Below the pieces are notes generated by a model that was not told where the DNA came from, searched no databases, and worked only from the letters and a program-made list of their open reading frames with translations. A stretch of 47,203 nucleotides of DNA from Rhodanobacter sp. (GTDB lineage: Bacteria; Pseudomonadota; Gammaproteobacteria; Xanthomonadales; Rhodanobacteraceae): assembly GCA_035605895.1 (NCBI GenBank), contig DATNGL010000249.1:1-47203 (forward strand), written 5' to 3'. A program made the position numbers and the translations under genes. Below are positions 1 through 9,932 of this stretch, piece by piece. Position 1 is the first letter of the stretch, and every line of letters begins with the position of its first letter.

Positions 1-141
1 CAGCGAGATGCCGTGGATCGTGATCGTCTGGCCACCGATCGGAATACCCGCCTGCGTCACTGGCAGGTCGAACTCGATATCCAGTGCCGACGCGTTGAAC
101 TGGCCCTGCGGGTGCGACTGGAAGGTGAGCGAAGGCTTGCC
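1..141. repeat. Terminal direct repeat, copy 1 (assembly overlap of a circular genome)
   Basis: 1-141 is identical to 47063-47203; a minus-strand ORF reads continuously across the junction. Confidence 0.95.
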
Positions 142-180
142 TCCGGACGGGGGGATGATGGCGATGTCGTAATACCTCAC
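1..180 (-). CDS. 5' part of baseplate hub-like protein (continues at 47062 down to 46274)
   Basis: GTG at 180 overlaps the upstream stop; MRYYDIAIIPP...LPVTQAGIPIGG is in frame with ORF 46274..47122. Confidence 0.75.
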   Translation of the reverse strand, partial: MRYYDIAIIPPSGGKPSLTFQSHPQGQFNASALDIEFDLPVTQAGIPIGGQTITIHGISL

Positions 181-458
181 GGAGAAACTTCCAGGTTTCC
201 GGTCGGTGCGCGATAGATCAGCGTGGAGGTGGTGAAAATTCCCGGTGCCAAGGGAATGTCGAAATCAAGCGAGGAACCCACCATCGGGCCGGTCCAGAGG
301 CGGTTACCCTGGCTGTCGATCAGGATCAGATACCAGCGCTGGGCTGCCATGCTCCATTGCGCCTGCGCGCCAACGGATTGCCCGTCCAGCATCAAGGTCG
401 TCTGAAAAGGCGGCAGCACCTTGCCGTTAGGTTGAAAAGGAATAAGCGTCGTCATCAC
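177..458 (-). CDS. Small baseplate protein (plug/hub-associated)
   Basis: 93 aa, translationally coupled, between tape measure and hub genes. Confidence 0.6.
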   Translation of the reverse strand: MMTTLIPFQPNGKVLPPFQTTLMLDGQSVGAQAQWSMAAQRWYLILIDSQGNRLWTGPMVGSSLDFDIPLAPGIFTTSTLIYRAPTGNLEVSP

Positions 459-1210
459 CCGGCCCCCAGAAGTGGCGCTGTCGGCTGCGCGCCGAGTGGA
501 TAGGTAATGATCCCTGCCGGCGACCCGGAAAGCGCGCCAGCGGCACCCTGCGCGGCGCTACCGCCCAATGCGCTCGCACTGGAGGGAGCGGACGACGTCA
601 GGATGCCACCGCCAGAAAGCTTGTTCATGAAGGCCGACAAGGCATTCGCTGCGGATTGCTGGGTGATCAAGGGCTGCGTGAAGTCGAGTTGAAACAACAC
701 TTGCTGTTGCCGCGTATCGCCCGAGGTAATGTCCGTCATCGCCGTCATCAGGCAATTTGTGTAGAGATAGGCTGGCGTGGCAATGGTGAAGGTGCCGCCT
801 TGCGCGCTGTGCGTCTGGAGGCTTCCTTGCAACGCCGTCAGGATCGCCAGTTTCGTGTAGTAGCCGCCTAGATCCTTGACTGGCGCGATCATCTGCAGCG
901 AGATGTTCAACGGCTGCTGGATCACGGCGTTGGCGGCAACCGTCTGATTCGCGAAGGGATACGTGCCGATAGTGTTATTGACCAGCGTTCCGCCCGGGAT
1001 GGGCACGAATCGCGCGAATGGGTCTTGATCATTGATGCCGCTGCTGACGATACCCTGCAAAAGCCCCAGAGACTGACCCAGCAACGCGATGATCGGCAAT
1101 GCATTGCCGATGCTCGATGAAGCGATCCCGCCCACCAACACGATGGGCGATATCTGGAACGCCAGATCGTAGGCCAAGCGTCCAGCATTGGCGATGATGT
1201 TATTGGCCAT
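455..1210 (-). CDS. Baseplate/tail-tube initiator-like protein
   Basis: 251 aa directly downstream of tape measure; synteny. Confidence 0.6.
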   Translation of the reverse strand: MANNIIANAGRLAYDLAFQISPIVLVGGIASSSIGNALPIIALLGQSLGLLQGIVSSGINDQDPFARFVPIPGGTLVNNTIGTYPFANQTVAANAVIQQPLNISLQMIAPVKDLGGYYTKLAILTALQGSLQTHSAQGGTFTIATPAYLYTNCLMTAMTDITSGDTRQQQVLFQLDFTQPLITQQSAANALSAFMNKLSGGGILTSSAPSSASALGGSAAQGAAGALSGSPAGIITYPLGAQPTAPLLGAG

Positions 1211-3075
1211 TACAGACGCGCCGCGTTGGCGGAAACCGCCACGTTGGTCCCGGTTTTGTTGGTGACGTGCACTTCGACCTTGATGGGCTGCTCACGCTGT
1301 ATCTGCGCCAGATTGCGCATGACGCGTTCGATGAAATCCCGCGTTTCCTTCGGCGCGTGGTTTTCCCAGTTCTCCCCATTTTTTCGGATATCGGCGTCAA
1401 GCGATCGGGGATTCCAGTTCCATGCCGCGATCTCCTTGCGCAGATCGCCGTGATACCGCCCCTGTAGTTGCTTGAAAAGCACCGATCCGCCCATGGCGGA
1501 CTGCATGGGGTCATAAGGATTCTGCACGCCTAGCGCTTTGGAAACGGCGGGCATGAGTTGCATCAACCCTTGCGCACCTTTGTTGGATTTTGCCTTGGGG
1601 TCGAATCCCGACTCGGCCGCACCAAGGGCTGAAAGTATTCCCGCCGGCAGACGATTCGCGGATTCAAGCTCCGAAAAAGCGCGCTTGTATTGCGGCGATT
1701 CGTGCAACAACGCCGGCTCAATCCCGTGAGACACCGAATAGGAGCGCAGTAAGCCAGCGATGACGCTGTCCTTGGCTGCAAGATGCGACTTCCCGGAAAC
1801 GATGTCGTTGTATTTTTCGGCGACCCAAGTAGCTTGCCTGACGCCTTCCGTGGTCGGTTTCAGGGCAGCAATAGGCGCGGGAGACGAAGGCGAGGCATTC
1901 GGATCAGTCAGCCCCGAGTTGGGCGCGAGCCACTTGGCGAACTTCCACAACGCGCTCGCGACGGCGTCCAATGCGCCAAGGAAGGTGTCCATGTCCTTCT
2001 TGAATACGTCGGACCCCAGGAACTTCGTGAACTGATCGACGCCGTGCTCGATGGCCTGCACATGCTGCGGGGTGAAAATCTTGTTGATCAGGATTTCCGC
2101 ATCCTTCTCCAGCACCGTGATCAGGCCGCCCAACGATGGCCCGAGCTGCGCCAGTCGGCGACTGAACGCCGTCTCCAGCGACTGTCCGGCGAGAAGCAAG
2201 TCGCGCCGGAAGGTGAACAGGGCGTCGGTGCTGCGGTCGGTGATGTTGAGACGCTTGCTGTCCGCCTGGTATTGGCGTTGTGCCTGCGCCAGCTCTTCCT
2301 TGGATGCAGCCCCCAGCCGGCGCATGTCGTCCAGCGAGAAGCCCAGTTCCGTGAAGCCGGCGGTCTGCAGGTTCGTGCTAGTGCGCTGGGCGGCCGGGGT
2401 CTTGTTCCACCAGTCGTGCGCCTTCATGGCGAGACTGCCGGCCAGCGTACCGGCGTCCTGCGACTGGATAGCATCCGCGCTCATGCCGGTAGCGCGCTGC
2501 AGCCAGATGCGCCCCAGATAGTCGTTCTTCGCGTTGGCGATATTCTCCAGCGCGGACGGGTCGACATAGCGGCCGAAGTCCGTGCCGAAGGCGCGGTATT
2601 GCCCGGTGCTAAGACCTAAACTGCGGGCGCCACGCTGGTTGCTGACGGCACTCTGCGCCAGCTTGTCCAGGCCGAAGCCGCCCAGCAGCCCCGACGCGCC
2701 GCCCAGTACGCCGACCTTGAACAGGAACTTGCCGATGCCGAACACGCGATCGGCGAGCGTCTTGGCGTCCTTGGCCATGCTGTGCATGTGCACGGCACCC
2801 TGACGCGAGGCCACGCCGAACTGACGCTGAGCTTCGGAAGCGGAATGCAGGTGCGATGACAACAGGTGGGCATGCTTGCCCGCTTCCATCAGCCCAGTCG
2901 TCACCGTGGCAATGGCCGCCGCCATCGCTTCGGAGCCTTCGGACGCGCTGCCGCTGATCTTCTCCCAATCCTTGGGCAGCGCCTGGACCTTTTCCTGGTG
3001 TTTGTCGAACAGTTCGGAAAACGCCTTGAACTGGTCGTCGTTGACCTGGATCGTGATAATCGGCTTGTTAGGCAT
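1210..3075 (-). CDS. Tape measure protein with C-terminal lytic transglycosylase (SLT) domain
   Basis: Ala-rich helical N-terminus; SLT motifs AESGFDPKAKS, GAQGLMQLMP and AAWNWN. Confidence 0.88.
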   Translation of the reverse strand: MPNKPIITIQVNDDQFKAFSELFDKHQEKVQALPKDWEKISGSASEGSEAMAAAIATVTTGLMEAGKHAHLLSSHLHSASEAQRQFGVASRQGAVHMHSMAKDAKTLADRVFGIGKFLFKVGVLGGASGLLGGFGLDKLAQSAVSNQRGARSLGLSTGQYRAFGTDFGRYVDPSALENIANAKNDYLGRIWLQRATGMSADAIQSQDAGTLAGSLAMKAHDWWNKTPAAQRTSTNLQTAGFTELGFSLDDMRRLGAASKEELAQAQRQYQADSKRLNITDRSTDALFTFRRDLLLAGQSLETAFSRRLAQLGPSLGGLITVLEKDAEILINKIFTPQHVQAIEHGVDQFTKFLGSDVFKKDMDTFLGALDAVASALWKFAKWLAPNSGLTDPNASPSSPAPIAALKPTTEGVRQATWVAEKYNDIVSGKSHLAAKDSVIAGLLRSYSVSHGIEPALLHESPQYKRAFSELESANRLPAGILSALGAAESGFDPKAKSNKGAQGLMQLMPAVSKALGVQNPYDPMQSAMGGSVLFKQLQGRYHGDLRKEIAAWNWNPRSLDADIRKNGENWENHAPKETRDFIERVMRNLAQIQREQPIKVEVHVTNKTGTNVAVSANAARL

Positions 3076-3195
3076 GTCGGCTGAATATCTTCGTCAAGGC
3101 CATCGAAAAATGGCGGTTTCGAAACTCCGAAGCCGTCAACCAGGGCAACTCGTAGTCTTGGGCGAACAACGGAAACGTTTCACCCATCAGCTCGT

Positions 3196-3753
3196 TCAGG
3201 AAGGAACCGATGAGGCCGGTTTCTGGGTGCCGGAAGTTGCCGTCGACGTCGGCAAAGAAGCGAGGTAGTCCGTAATGGAAGAGGAGGTAATCTCGCCCCC
3301 CACGATCAAGGCTAGCGCCTTCATGACGCCCGCTCTCTCCATGCGTCGACTCATGCAGGAGTGACATGTAAAAAAAAGCAGGGAGGATTCCACTTCTGCC
3401 CAGCTTTCCGCGTCGATGGCCTGCCGTGTGATGGCCGTCTGTACCGGCAACTGCTCCCATCCGTTGGGCGTAGGTACCAGCACGGTGGTAAGGCGCTGGA
3501 TGTCCTGCAACAGGCTGGTCACCGCCGCTTCGCTATCTTCGCGATCGGCACGCGCTTCGTCCTTGAGTAGGAGGGTGGCGATACGCGGCCCGGCATCCGC
3601 CATGAAGGCGGCGCCCTTGGCCATCATGGCCGCTTTGGTCGACGCAAGGAGGCGATAGTTTGCCTCGAATACATCTCGGGGCAACGGCACATGGTAGGCC
3701 CGGATATCTCCTTCCACCGCCGTCACCAGGCGCAATTGCTCGTCAATGCGCAT
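3196..3753 (-). CDS. Tail assembly chaperone-like protein
   Basis: Between tail tube and tape measure; ATG at 3753 overlaps the tube stop. Confidence 0.6.
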   Translation of the reverse strand: MRIDEQLRLVTAVEGDIRAYHVPLPRDVFEANYRLLASTKAAMMAKGAAFMADAGPRIATLLLKDEARADREDSEAAVTSLLQDIQRLTTVLVPTPNGWEQLPVQTAITRQAIDAESWAEVESSLLFFTCHSCMSRRMERAGVMKALALIVGGEITSSSITDYLASLPTSTATSGTQKPASSVPS

Positions 3754-4193
3754 CAGACGCTCCACAGCGCGCTGTTGATGTAGTAGATCCCCGACATCGT
3801 CACCTTGATCATCGGGTCGGTGCCATCGTAGGCGCCGAAATCCACTTCACCGATCACACAGGTATCCAACGTCACCGATGCCCATGCGATGGAGTCGGGG
3901 ATCACGTTGACCTGACCGATGGTGGACTGCAGCTCCCACTGGCTTCGCCACGATGCCCCCAGCGATTGAGTACGCAGAAGCATGAACGTAATGTCTGCCT
4001 CGACATACGGTTCCGGGGAAGTGACCGCCCCTGTTGCGGTCGGGATCAGGTTGTTGAACCTTCCCTTGGGGGTGACATGGACGAAGGACTTGCCCATGTA
4101 AGGCGAGGTCACATTGAGGCTCGGGAAGCTTGGCACGATGACAGCGGCGCGAAGTCGGTTCAGGGTGCCTTGCGTAACAGGATTGAGTGCCAT
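3753..4193 (-). CDS. Tail tube protein
   Basis: 146 aa beta-rich protein immediately after the sheath gene. Confidence 0.7.
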   Translation of the reverse strand: MALNPVTQGTLNRLRAAVIVPSFPSLNVTSPYMGKSFVHVTPKGRFNNLIPTATGAVTSPEPYVEADITFMLLRTQSLGASWRSQWELQSTIGQVNVIPDSIAWASVTLDTCVIGEVDFGAYDGTDPMIKVTMSGIYYINSALWSV

Positions 4194-4203
4194 GGTGGAT
4201 TCC

Positions 4204-5538
4204 TTACGCGCTGGCGAACTGGACGGCGTCCAGATTCACGGTGATGGACATGAAGCCGTTTTGCAGCGTCATCGTGGCGGTCAGGCCGTTGTAGATGCCT
4301 GCCGCATAGTCGGAGGGGTTTTGCGTGACGTAGGTGTTGAAATCGACGGCCGAGACGGTCACCGATTGCGCGCATCCGAAGGCGACCGCCGAGCTTCCCA
4401 CCTGATTGGCGACAGCTTCCAGCGTGTTGATGCCGTTCTGGTCATAGAGCAGCGGCGGGTTGCTGTTCGACCCGTTGATGATGGCCGCCGCCAGACGCTG
4501 CTTGACGTTGATGCGGAACCAGTCCAGGCCGAACCATGAAGCGGATTGTGCCCCGTCCATGGTGGTGCCCTTGAACAGGCAGGCATTGGATATTCCGCCT
4601 TCCGATCCCGTGAGTGCGATATTGCCGAACCCGGTAAGGATCGCGTTGATCGTGGTGTTGTTGGCACCGCGAACCCATGGCGTCACGCCATACAGGAACC
4701 GGAACTGCATCGGCGCCAGCGGGTTGGATGAGCCGGGATTGTTGGCGATCCAGTTGTAGAACAGGGAAGCAACTTGCACTTCCTGCGTCGTCTGAGTCGG
4801 CGATGGCACGATGGCAAAAACCGCCTTGTTGCCGGCGTAGGCGGACAGGTGCGCGCTGGTGGTCGTGACGAAGAAATACGTCTGTGCCGTGGGTCCGTTG
4901 TAGGCCAGGGCCAGGGCCGCCAGCTGGGTCGATGCGGAATCGTCCCAATAAGGCGGAACCAGGTAGGCGTAGAACGCTTGCGGCGTGGTGTAGGTGGTGA
5001 GATAGGTGGACAGGGCCGCCACGCCCGCCACATCCGAAGCCGCCACGCCAAGCTCCAGCAGGTAGAACCCGACCGAACTGCCCTGCGCAAAAAACGTGGT
5101 TGCCGCATCCAGGATGTACGACGATTCCGGCCCAGTGAACGTGCCGGGTGACGTTTCGGAGCCGGGATTGGCGCTGACAGCGTAGGTGAACGTCGTGGTC
5201 GAGGCTACCGTGGCGACGAACGTGCCGTTGTATCCGGCAGGCACGGCGCCACTGATGACGGTGGCGAAGGTATCGCCCACGCCCAGGCCTTCCAGATCAG
5301 CCGCGTCGACGGTCGCCGTCACCGTGCTCGATGCCCATGCCAGCGAGGTGATCGCATAGGGAGCCACCAGCAAGGATGCGACCTGCGATACCGAACCGCA
5401 AAAGCTGCTGGTATTCGAGGCCAGCGTCGTCGCGCCCGCCGAGACGATGGCACCGGATTGCTGCAGGGTGTTAGGCGCCGGCGAGGCGGTGATCGTCGTG
5501 TTGACGTTGACGATGTTGGGAGTGACGGTAGTCGTCAT
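4204..5538 (-). CDS. Tail sheath protein
   Basis: 444 aa; position; C-terminal region with WFGLDWF and PLLYDQNGIN resembles sheaths of small myoviruses. Confidence 0.75.
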   Translation of the reverse strand: MTTTVTPNIVNVNTTITASPAPNTLQQSGAIVSAGATTLASNTSSFCGSVSQVASLLVAPYAITSLAWASSTVTATVDAADLEGLGVGDTFATVISGAVPAGYNGTFVATVASTTTFTYAVSANPGSETSPGTFTGPESSYILDAATTFFAQGSSVGFYLLELGVAASDVAGVAALSTYLTTYTTPQAFYAYLVPPYWDDSASTQLAALALAYNGPTAQTYFFVTTTSAHLSAYAGNKAVFAIVPSPTQTTQEVQVASLFYNWIANNPGSSNPLAPMQFRFLYGVTPWVRGANNTTINAILTGFGNIALTGSEGGISNACLFKGTTMDGAQSASWFGLDWFRINVKQRLAAAIINGSNSNPPLLYDQNGINTLEAVANQVGSSAVAFGCAQSVTVSAVDFNTYVTQNPSDYAAGIYNGLTATMTLQNGFMSITVNLDAVQFASA

Positions 5539-5550
5539 GATGATGGCCCC

Positions 5551-5847
5551 TTACGCGTAGCTGACAGAAAGTACCTGCGAAGTCCCCGGAGTCACGACGA
5601 TGCCGGTCGCGCAAGGGAACGTGAACGAATAAACGCCCACGGCAAGAGGAATGGACCCGACGAGATTGGAGGCAGTGGCGGCACCTGTGGTCAAACAGTC
5701 GTGGATGGTTCCAGCCGAAGCCGTTCCCAATACATTGTTTGTCACGGTGAAGATGGTGCCGGGTCCGGCCTTGACGACGGTGGCCGCCGTGATGTTCAGG
5801 ACCGAGGCGTTGCCGCCGGGACGCGGGACGATGGGATTCTGCGACAT
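5551..5847 (-). CDS. Small virion structural protein
   Basis: 98 aa Thr/Val/Gly-rich; AGGAG RBS. Confidence 0.6.
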   Translation of the reverse strand: MSQNPIVPRPGGNASVLNITAATVVKAGPGTIFTVTNNVLGTASAGTIHDCLTTGAATASNLVGSIPLAVGVYSFTFPCATGIVVTPGTSQVLSVSYA

Positions 5848-5859
5848 GGGGTGAACTCC

Positions 5860-6813
5860 TTATGGGGTGGTTGTCACGGTGGCCGAAAGAATGAGACGAC
5901 GTGCCACGGCGTCGGCTGTGCCTTGGTAGTAGGAAGCGAGGATCGTGATGGTCTTTTTCATGGCGAGCGCCGCGATTTCGACCTGACCGCGCTTTTCGTC
6001 ACGAATGGCGGGCGAGTTGCAAAACCCGAAGTCATCCGTGGCGAGCGAGTACTCCATCAGCGAGACGTAGTACTGAATAGCCTGCTGATTGTTGAAGCCG
6101 TACAGCGTCAATTTGACGGTGTCGCGCATGAGCTGCGAGGACGGAAGATCGTGCAAGGGATCGGGTGATCCGCTTTGCGTGGTTCCGGGCCACCGGTAGA
6201 TGGGAAACGATCCCAGCGCATCTGTCATCGCCGGTTCGATGTGCGCCACGATGTAGGGCGGCACGACGTTGTCCGGGACAAGGAATGACGGGTACACCGG
6301 GGCCATGCTGTTTTGCGCCAGCCAGATCGGCAGGCTGTTCGATACGATCAGTCCAGCAGGCAGGTCGTAGGGCGTCGCGACAAGCTGCGTTGCCATCGCG
6401 GGATAAACGGCATACCCGCTGTAATGCCACAATCCGGCCTGTTCGTAGAACGATCCGCGATCCGAAAACGCGATTTGGATGGACGTTCCATCCACGGTCC
6501 ATGTGCCGATCCACATCGTCGACGGACTGACCGCGTTAAGCGCAGTCACTTCCTGCGTGGCGGTGAAGATGAAGCGATTGGCCGCAATCGTTTCGTCTTC
6601 GTCCTGATGGCGGTCGCTGATGTAGTGCAATGAACCCGTGAAATCCTCCGTGGTGGCGCTCGCTACCCAAAACACCATGCCATCCGGAGAAACCACTTGC
6701 CGCGTGTATTGCGTGAAGGTGATCGACTGGTTGCCGGAAATGCTGGCAACACCCGACGCCAGCGCCGCCTGCAATGGACCTGAGGCAGCCGACGCTTCGG
6801 AAATAAGGGACAT
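5860..6813 (-). CDS. Neck/tail-completion protein
   Basis: About 317 aa in the head-tail joining region. Confidence 0.55.
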   Translation of the reverse strand: MSLISEASAASGPLQAALASGVASISGNQSITFTQYTRQVVSPDGMVFWVASATTEDFTGSLHYISDRHQDEDETIAANRFIFTATQEVTALNAVSPSTMWIGTWTVDGTSIQIAFSDRGSFYEQAGLWHYSGYAVYPAMATQLVATPYDLPAGLIVSNSLPIWLAQNSMAPVYPSFLVPDNVVPPYIVAHIEPAMTDALGSFPIYRWPGTTQSGSPDPLHDLPSSQLMRDTVKLTLYGFNNQQAIQYYVSLMEYSLATDDFGFCNSPAIRDEKRGQVEIAALAMKKTITILASYYQGTADAVARRLILSATVTTTP

Positions 6814-7241
6814 CAGCCGACCCACGCCCGGAAACTGGCCTGATACAGGCCGGTGTCAACAAATGCTTGCCGAGGTTTCCCGCCCTTGTTCTTTTTCGCT
6901 TTCTTGCGCGTGTTGACGCCTTGCTGTGCTGCTGCGATCTGTTGCGTTTCGGGAAGAAGCCGCGCCATTTCCCCGCTGTCGAGGAAGTTGCGGAAACGTT
7001 CCTCAATCTTTCCCATGGCGGGGGCTAGAAAGTCCTTTTGCGCACCACCACCCATCGCGATGTTTTCAATGGCACCCGCCACCTGATCGACAAGAATCTG
7101 CCCGATGTCCTCCTCGTTCAGCTCAAGAAACGACCGCATGACGTGATACCTTTCTTCCAGATATTCCGCCACGTCGCCCGTGGTAGTGACTTTTCCGGCA
7201 TCGGAGTACGCGACATCCACCACGCCGAACTTGAGTTCCAT
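6813..7241 (-). CDS. Neck/morphogenesis protein
   Basis: Basic C-terminus with PRQAFVDTGLYQAS motif typical of phage neck proteins. Confidence 0.6.
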   Translation of the reverse strand: MELKFGVVDVAYSDAGKVTTTGDVAEYLEERYHVMRSFLELNEEDIGQILVDQVAGAIENIAMGGGAQKDFLAPAMGKIEERFRNFLDSGEMARLLPETQQIAAAQQGVNTRKKAKKNKGGKPRQAFVDTGLYQASFRAWVG

Positions 7242-7696
7242 CACGACACCCCGAAAACGGACGGACCCCAGCTCTGCGCATAGGCCAGATACTGGCGACC
7301 CCACGGCGTTTTTTGTACGTCGATGTCCGAATAAGTCAGGTTCTTCATGAAGTCCGGTGCCACCAGCGTCTGACTGGTAGCCTCGTCGCTGCTGGACTGC
7401 ACGCCGCCGATGACGAACGACATCAGCTTGAATTGCGTGCGCGCGTCAGCAAAGAAGGTTTGCCCCGGCTGATCTTGTGCGATCGTCAACAAGTGATGCA
7501 GACCCAGGTTGTAGACCGCCATGACATACAAGCCCGGCGGCATCTGCGGCACCGTGGTCACGATGTCGCTGGCATAGTCGAAAGCCCATGCGTAGTAATC
7601 CGAGTCGGCCGGAAGAATGGTCGTCGTCACCCCCTGCGCTTGGCAGAAGGTGATGAAGTCCGCCAGATTGGGCGTGGTCGGATCGACGAAGGCCAT
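7241..7696 (-). CDS. Head-tail adaptor (DUF4054-like)
   Basis: C-terminal TPWGRQYL motif; position after capsid genes. Confidence 0.65.
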   Translation of the reverse strand: MAFVDPTTPNLADFITFCQAQGVTTTILPADSDYYAWAFDYASDIVTTVPQMPPGLYVMAVYNLGLHHLLTIAQDQPGQTFFADARTQFKLMSFVIGGVQSSSDEATSQTLVAPDFMKNLTYSDIDVQKTPWGRQYLAYAQSWGPSVFGVS

Positions 7697-7697
7697 G

Positions 7698-8201
7698 TCA
7701 GCCGACATCCACGCTGTCGCGACCATCTTCGGCCACGCTGATTTTCAGATGAATGTCGTCCTTGCTGGGTTTCTGATGGCGCGGGATGTCCTGATGAATT
7801 TCCACTTCCGTCACCTTGGCGAGACGCTTGCCGCTGCGCTTGTCGCGGTTGGACTTCTCGAACCCCAGGACCGCTCGCGTCGCTTCCGTGGCTGAGCGCT
7901 TCTCCTGTGTTTCGACCACGGCATCGTGCCCCGTCATGATCTGGCTTTCGGTGATCGGCTTGTCCGTGCGATACAGCAGGCCGTGGAACTTGCCGAGCTT
8001 TCGATTGACGTCGACGGCCGGACGTGCGCCGTATTTTTCCAGCTGGCGAATGACCGAATCGGTCTGGGCAGCATTCCAGTCCTTGCCCAGTTCCACCTGA
8101 CTCCCTGAGGGGATTTGCGTGTAATAGGGACGGTTGGTTTCCAGCACGCGGAAATGATGGTGCCAGTCCTGCTTGGTGGTATTGGCGATGAAAAGAGACA
8201 T
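7698..8201 (-). CDS. Hypothetical virion-associated protein
   Basis: Start MSLFIANTTKQ after AAGGGG RBS; follows major capsid. Confidence 0.65.
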   Translation of the reverse strand: MSLFIANTTKQDWHHHFRVLETNRPYYTQIPSGSQVELGKDWNAAQTDSVIRQLEKYGARPAVDVNRKLGKFHGLLYRTDKPITESQIMTGHDAVVETQEKRSATEATRAVLGFEKSNRDKRSGKRLAKVTEVEIHQDIPRHQKPSKDDIHLKISVAEDGRDSVDVG

Positions 8202-8218
8202 GGTTTTCCCCTTAAAGG

Positions 8219-8267
8219 AAAAGCCCCGAATCCGGGGCTGAGGCATAAAAAAAGCTCCTTTCGGAGC
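8219..8267 (-). terminator. Two tandem intrinsic terminators after the major capsid gene
   Basis: Minus strand GCTCC-GAAA-GGAGC-T7 and AGCCCCG-GATT-CGGGGCT-TTT. Confidence 0.75.
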
Positions 8268-8293
8268 CATCGGGATGACGCTGTGCGTTGGGA

Positions 8294-9322
8294 TCAGCTA
8301 TAAGCCATGCTGATCAGGCGCAGACCCTGCGGACGGATGCACCATCCGGAGGTGATGCGCAGTTCCTGGACTTCGGTGATGGCGCCGTCCGGCGTGGGCG
8401 TCGGAATCTTCATCGGAGCGGCCATGTCGGCGTACTGAACGTTCACTGCCTTCATGTTCGGATTCACATCCGCGAACACGTTGGTATTGATGCCCGGGAT
8501 GTCCGGCTGCTCGATTTCCGGCAGGGTCATGATGACCATGTCGGTGCCGCCTGCTCCCTGGCCCAGCAGGGTATCGTCGTAGTACCACTCGACGGTGTCG
8601 CCATTGGCCTTGGCGGTCTCGCTGACCACTTCGGCGGTGGTCGCCGTGCCGGCACCGGGACGCTGGTACTGCACGACCTGGACAATGTTGGCGTACCCGA
8701 GCTGCAGACCAACGCGCTGTGGGCAGATGATCTTGATGTTGTTGCCCACCACCGCGCCGGACTGGAACATGCCGGTTTTCAGGGCGACGATCTGGCCCAG
8801 AAGCCACAGCGCCATCTCGCCGTTGTCGTAGGTGGTCACCGCGTCATTGCCGTAGCTGTCCGGCGGCAAGGTAACGGCCGTCGCGCCTGCCGTGTTGACC
8901 AAGCCTTCGCCGTTGGCCGGGCTGAACCCGTACAGCAGCGCCGTACGCATCTGCTGGAAGATGCCCTGACGCATGGCCAGGTCCTGCGCATGCGGCAGGG
9001 ACACGCTGTAGTTGCCGGCCGCCGCCATGTCGTGGTGGTCGTAGATCGCACGGGTGCGGATCAGGTAGGTCTGCGTGGAGAAGTAACTGGCCGTCAGGGT
9101 CGCCGAAGGCAGCTGGTTGAACGACGACTGTGATGCTTGCGTGTCGGTGCGCAGATCCAGCGAGTTGATGTAGACGTACAGATCCTCGCTGCTGATCTTC
9201 ACGCGCGGCTTGCCGCCCTGCAGTGCCGCGAAGGCGCCGGAAGGCTGCGAGTAGGTGACGATCAGGTCCGGTTCCGAAAAACTCGGCGTGATCTTGGCTT
9301 GCGCCGGGAAGTAATTGCTCAT
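8294..9322 (-). CDS. Major capsid protein
   Basis: 342 aa, strongly GC3-biased codons, follows protease/scaffold and decoration genes, followed by terminators. Confidence 0.8.
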   Translation of the reverse strand: MSNYFPAQAKITPSFSEPDLIVTYSQPSGAFAALQGGKPRVKISSEDLYVYINSLDLRTDTQASQSSFNQLPSATLTASYFSTQTYLIRTRAIYDHHDMAAAGNYSVSLPHAQDLAMRQGIFQQMRTALLYGFSPANGEGLVNTAGATAVTLPPDSYGNDAVTTYDNGEMALWLLGQIVALKTGMFQSGAVVGNNIKIICPQRVGLQLGYANIVQVVQYQRPGAGTATTAEVVSETAKANGDTVEWYYDDTLLGQGAGGTDMVIMTLPEIEQPDIPGINTNVFADVNPNMKAVNVQYADMAAPMKIPTPTPDGAITEVQELRITSGWCIRPQGLRLISMAYS

Positions 9323-9335
9323 GGTTCAGGGCTCC

Positions 9336-9932
9336 TTACAGCAGGATGGTGGCAGCGGAGCCAGCCACCCAGGTCACCGCGCCGGTGCCGGAGTTGTAGC
9401 TGACGACTTTGCTGTTCGAGTTGACGGACAGGATTTTCACGTTCAGTGCGTTGGAGCTGTCGTAGGGGATCAGCTGATCGTTGGTGAAATCCCACGACAC
9501 GTTCTGGCTGATCTGCCCGCTTTCGACGGCAGCCGCCAGCGCCGCACTGCACTTGACGCGAATACGCGCGCCCGAGCCGAGACGGAAATACGGCACCGTC
9601 TGGCCGGCCTGGGCGGTCTGCACCGAATTGCCCGGCACGATCACCATGTTGTAACCCTGGGTGAACACGCTGAATCCGGTGGTGGTGGCGTCGTTGGTGG
9701 CGAGCTTGAGGGTGCTGCCCAAGCTGGAGTCGCCGTTGGCCGGCACCAGTTCCTGAATCGCGAGCGCACCCCACACGGGCTGCGTCACGCTGGCGTCGAT
9801 GACGCCGGAGTTGAGGTACATACGGGACGACGGATCATCCACGAAATCACCCTGCACAAACCCTTGGGTCTGGGCGAGGAAGGTGTTTTGCGGAGCCGTG
9901 GTCAGGCTGGGGTTGAACGATACGTTGGCCAT
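9336..9932 (-). CDS. Capsid decoration/cement protein
   Basis: 198 aa between scaffold and capsid; PVWGALAI motif. Confidence 0.65.
   Translation of the reverse strand: MANVSFNPSLTTAPQNTFLAQTQGFVQGDFVDDPSSRMYLNSGVIDASVTQPVWGALAIQELVPANGDSSLGSTLKLATNDATTTGFSVFTQGYNMVIVPGNSVQTAQAGQTVPYFRLGSGARIRVKCSAALAAAVESGQISQNVSWDFTNDQLIPYDSSNALNVKILSVNSNSKVVSYNSGTGAVTWVAGSAATILL

Noticed and set aside
1..141. Biological terminal repeat of the virion DNA
   Set aside because: It falls mid-gene and its 141-bp length fits an assembler k-mer overlap; more likely a circularisation artefact
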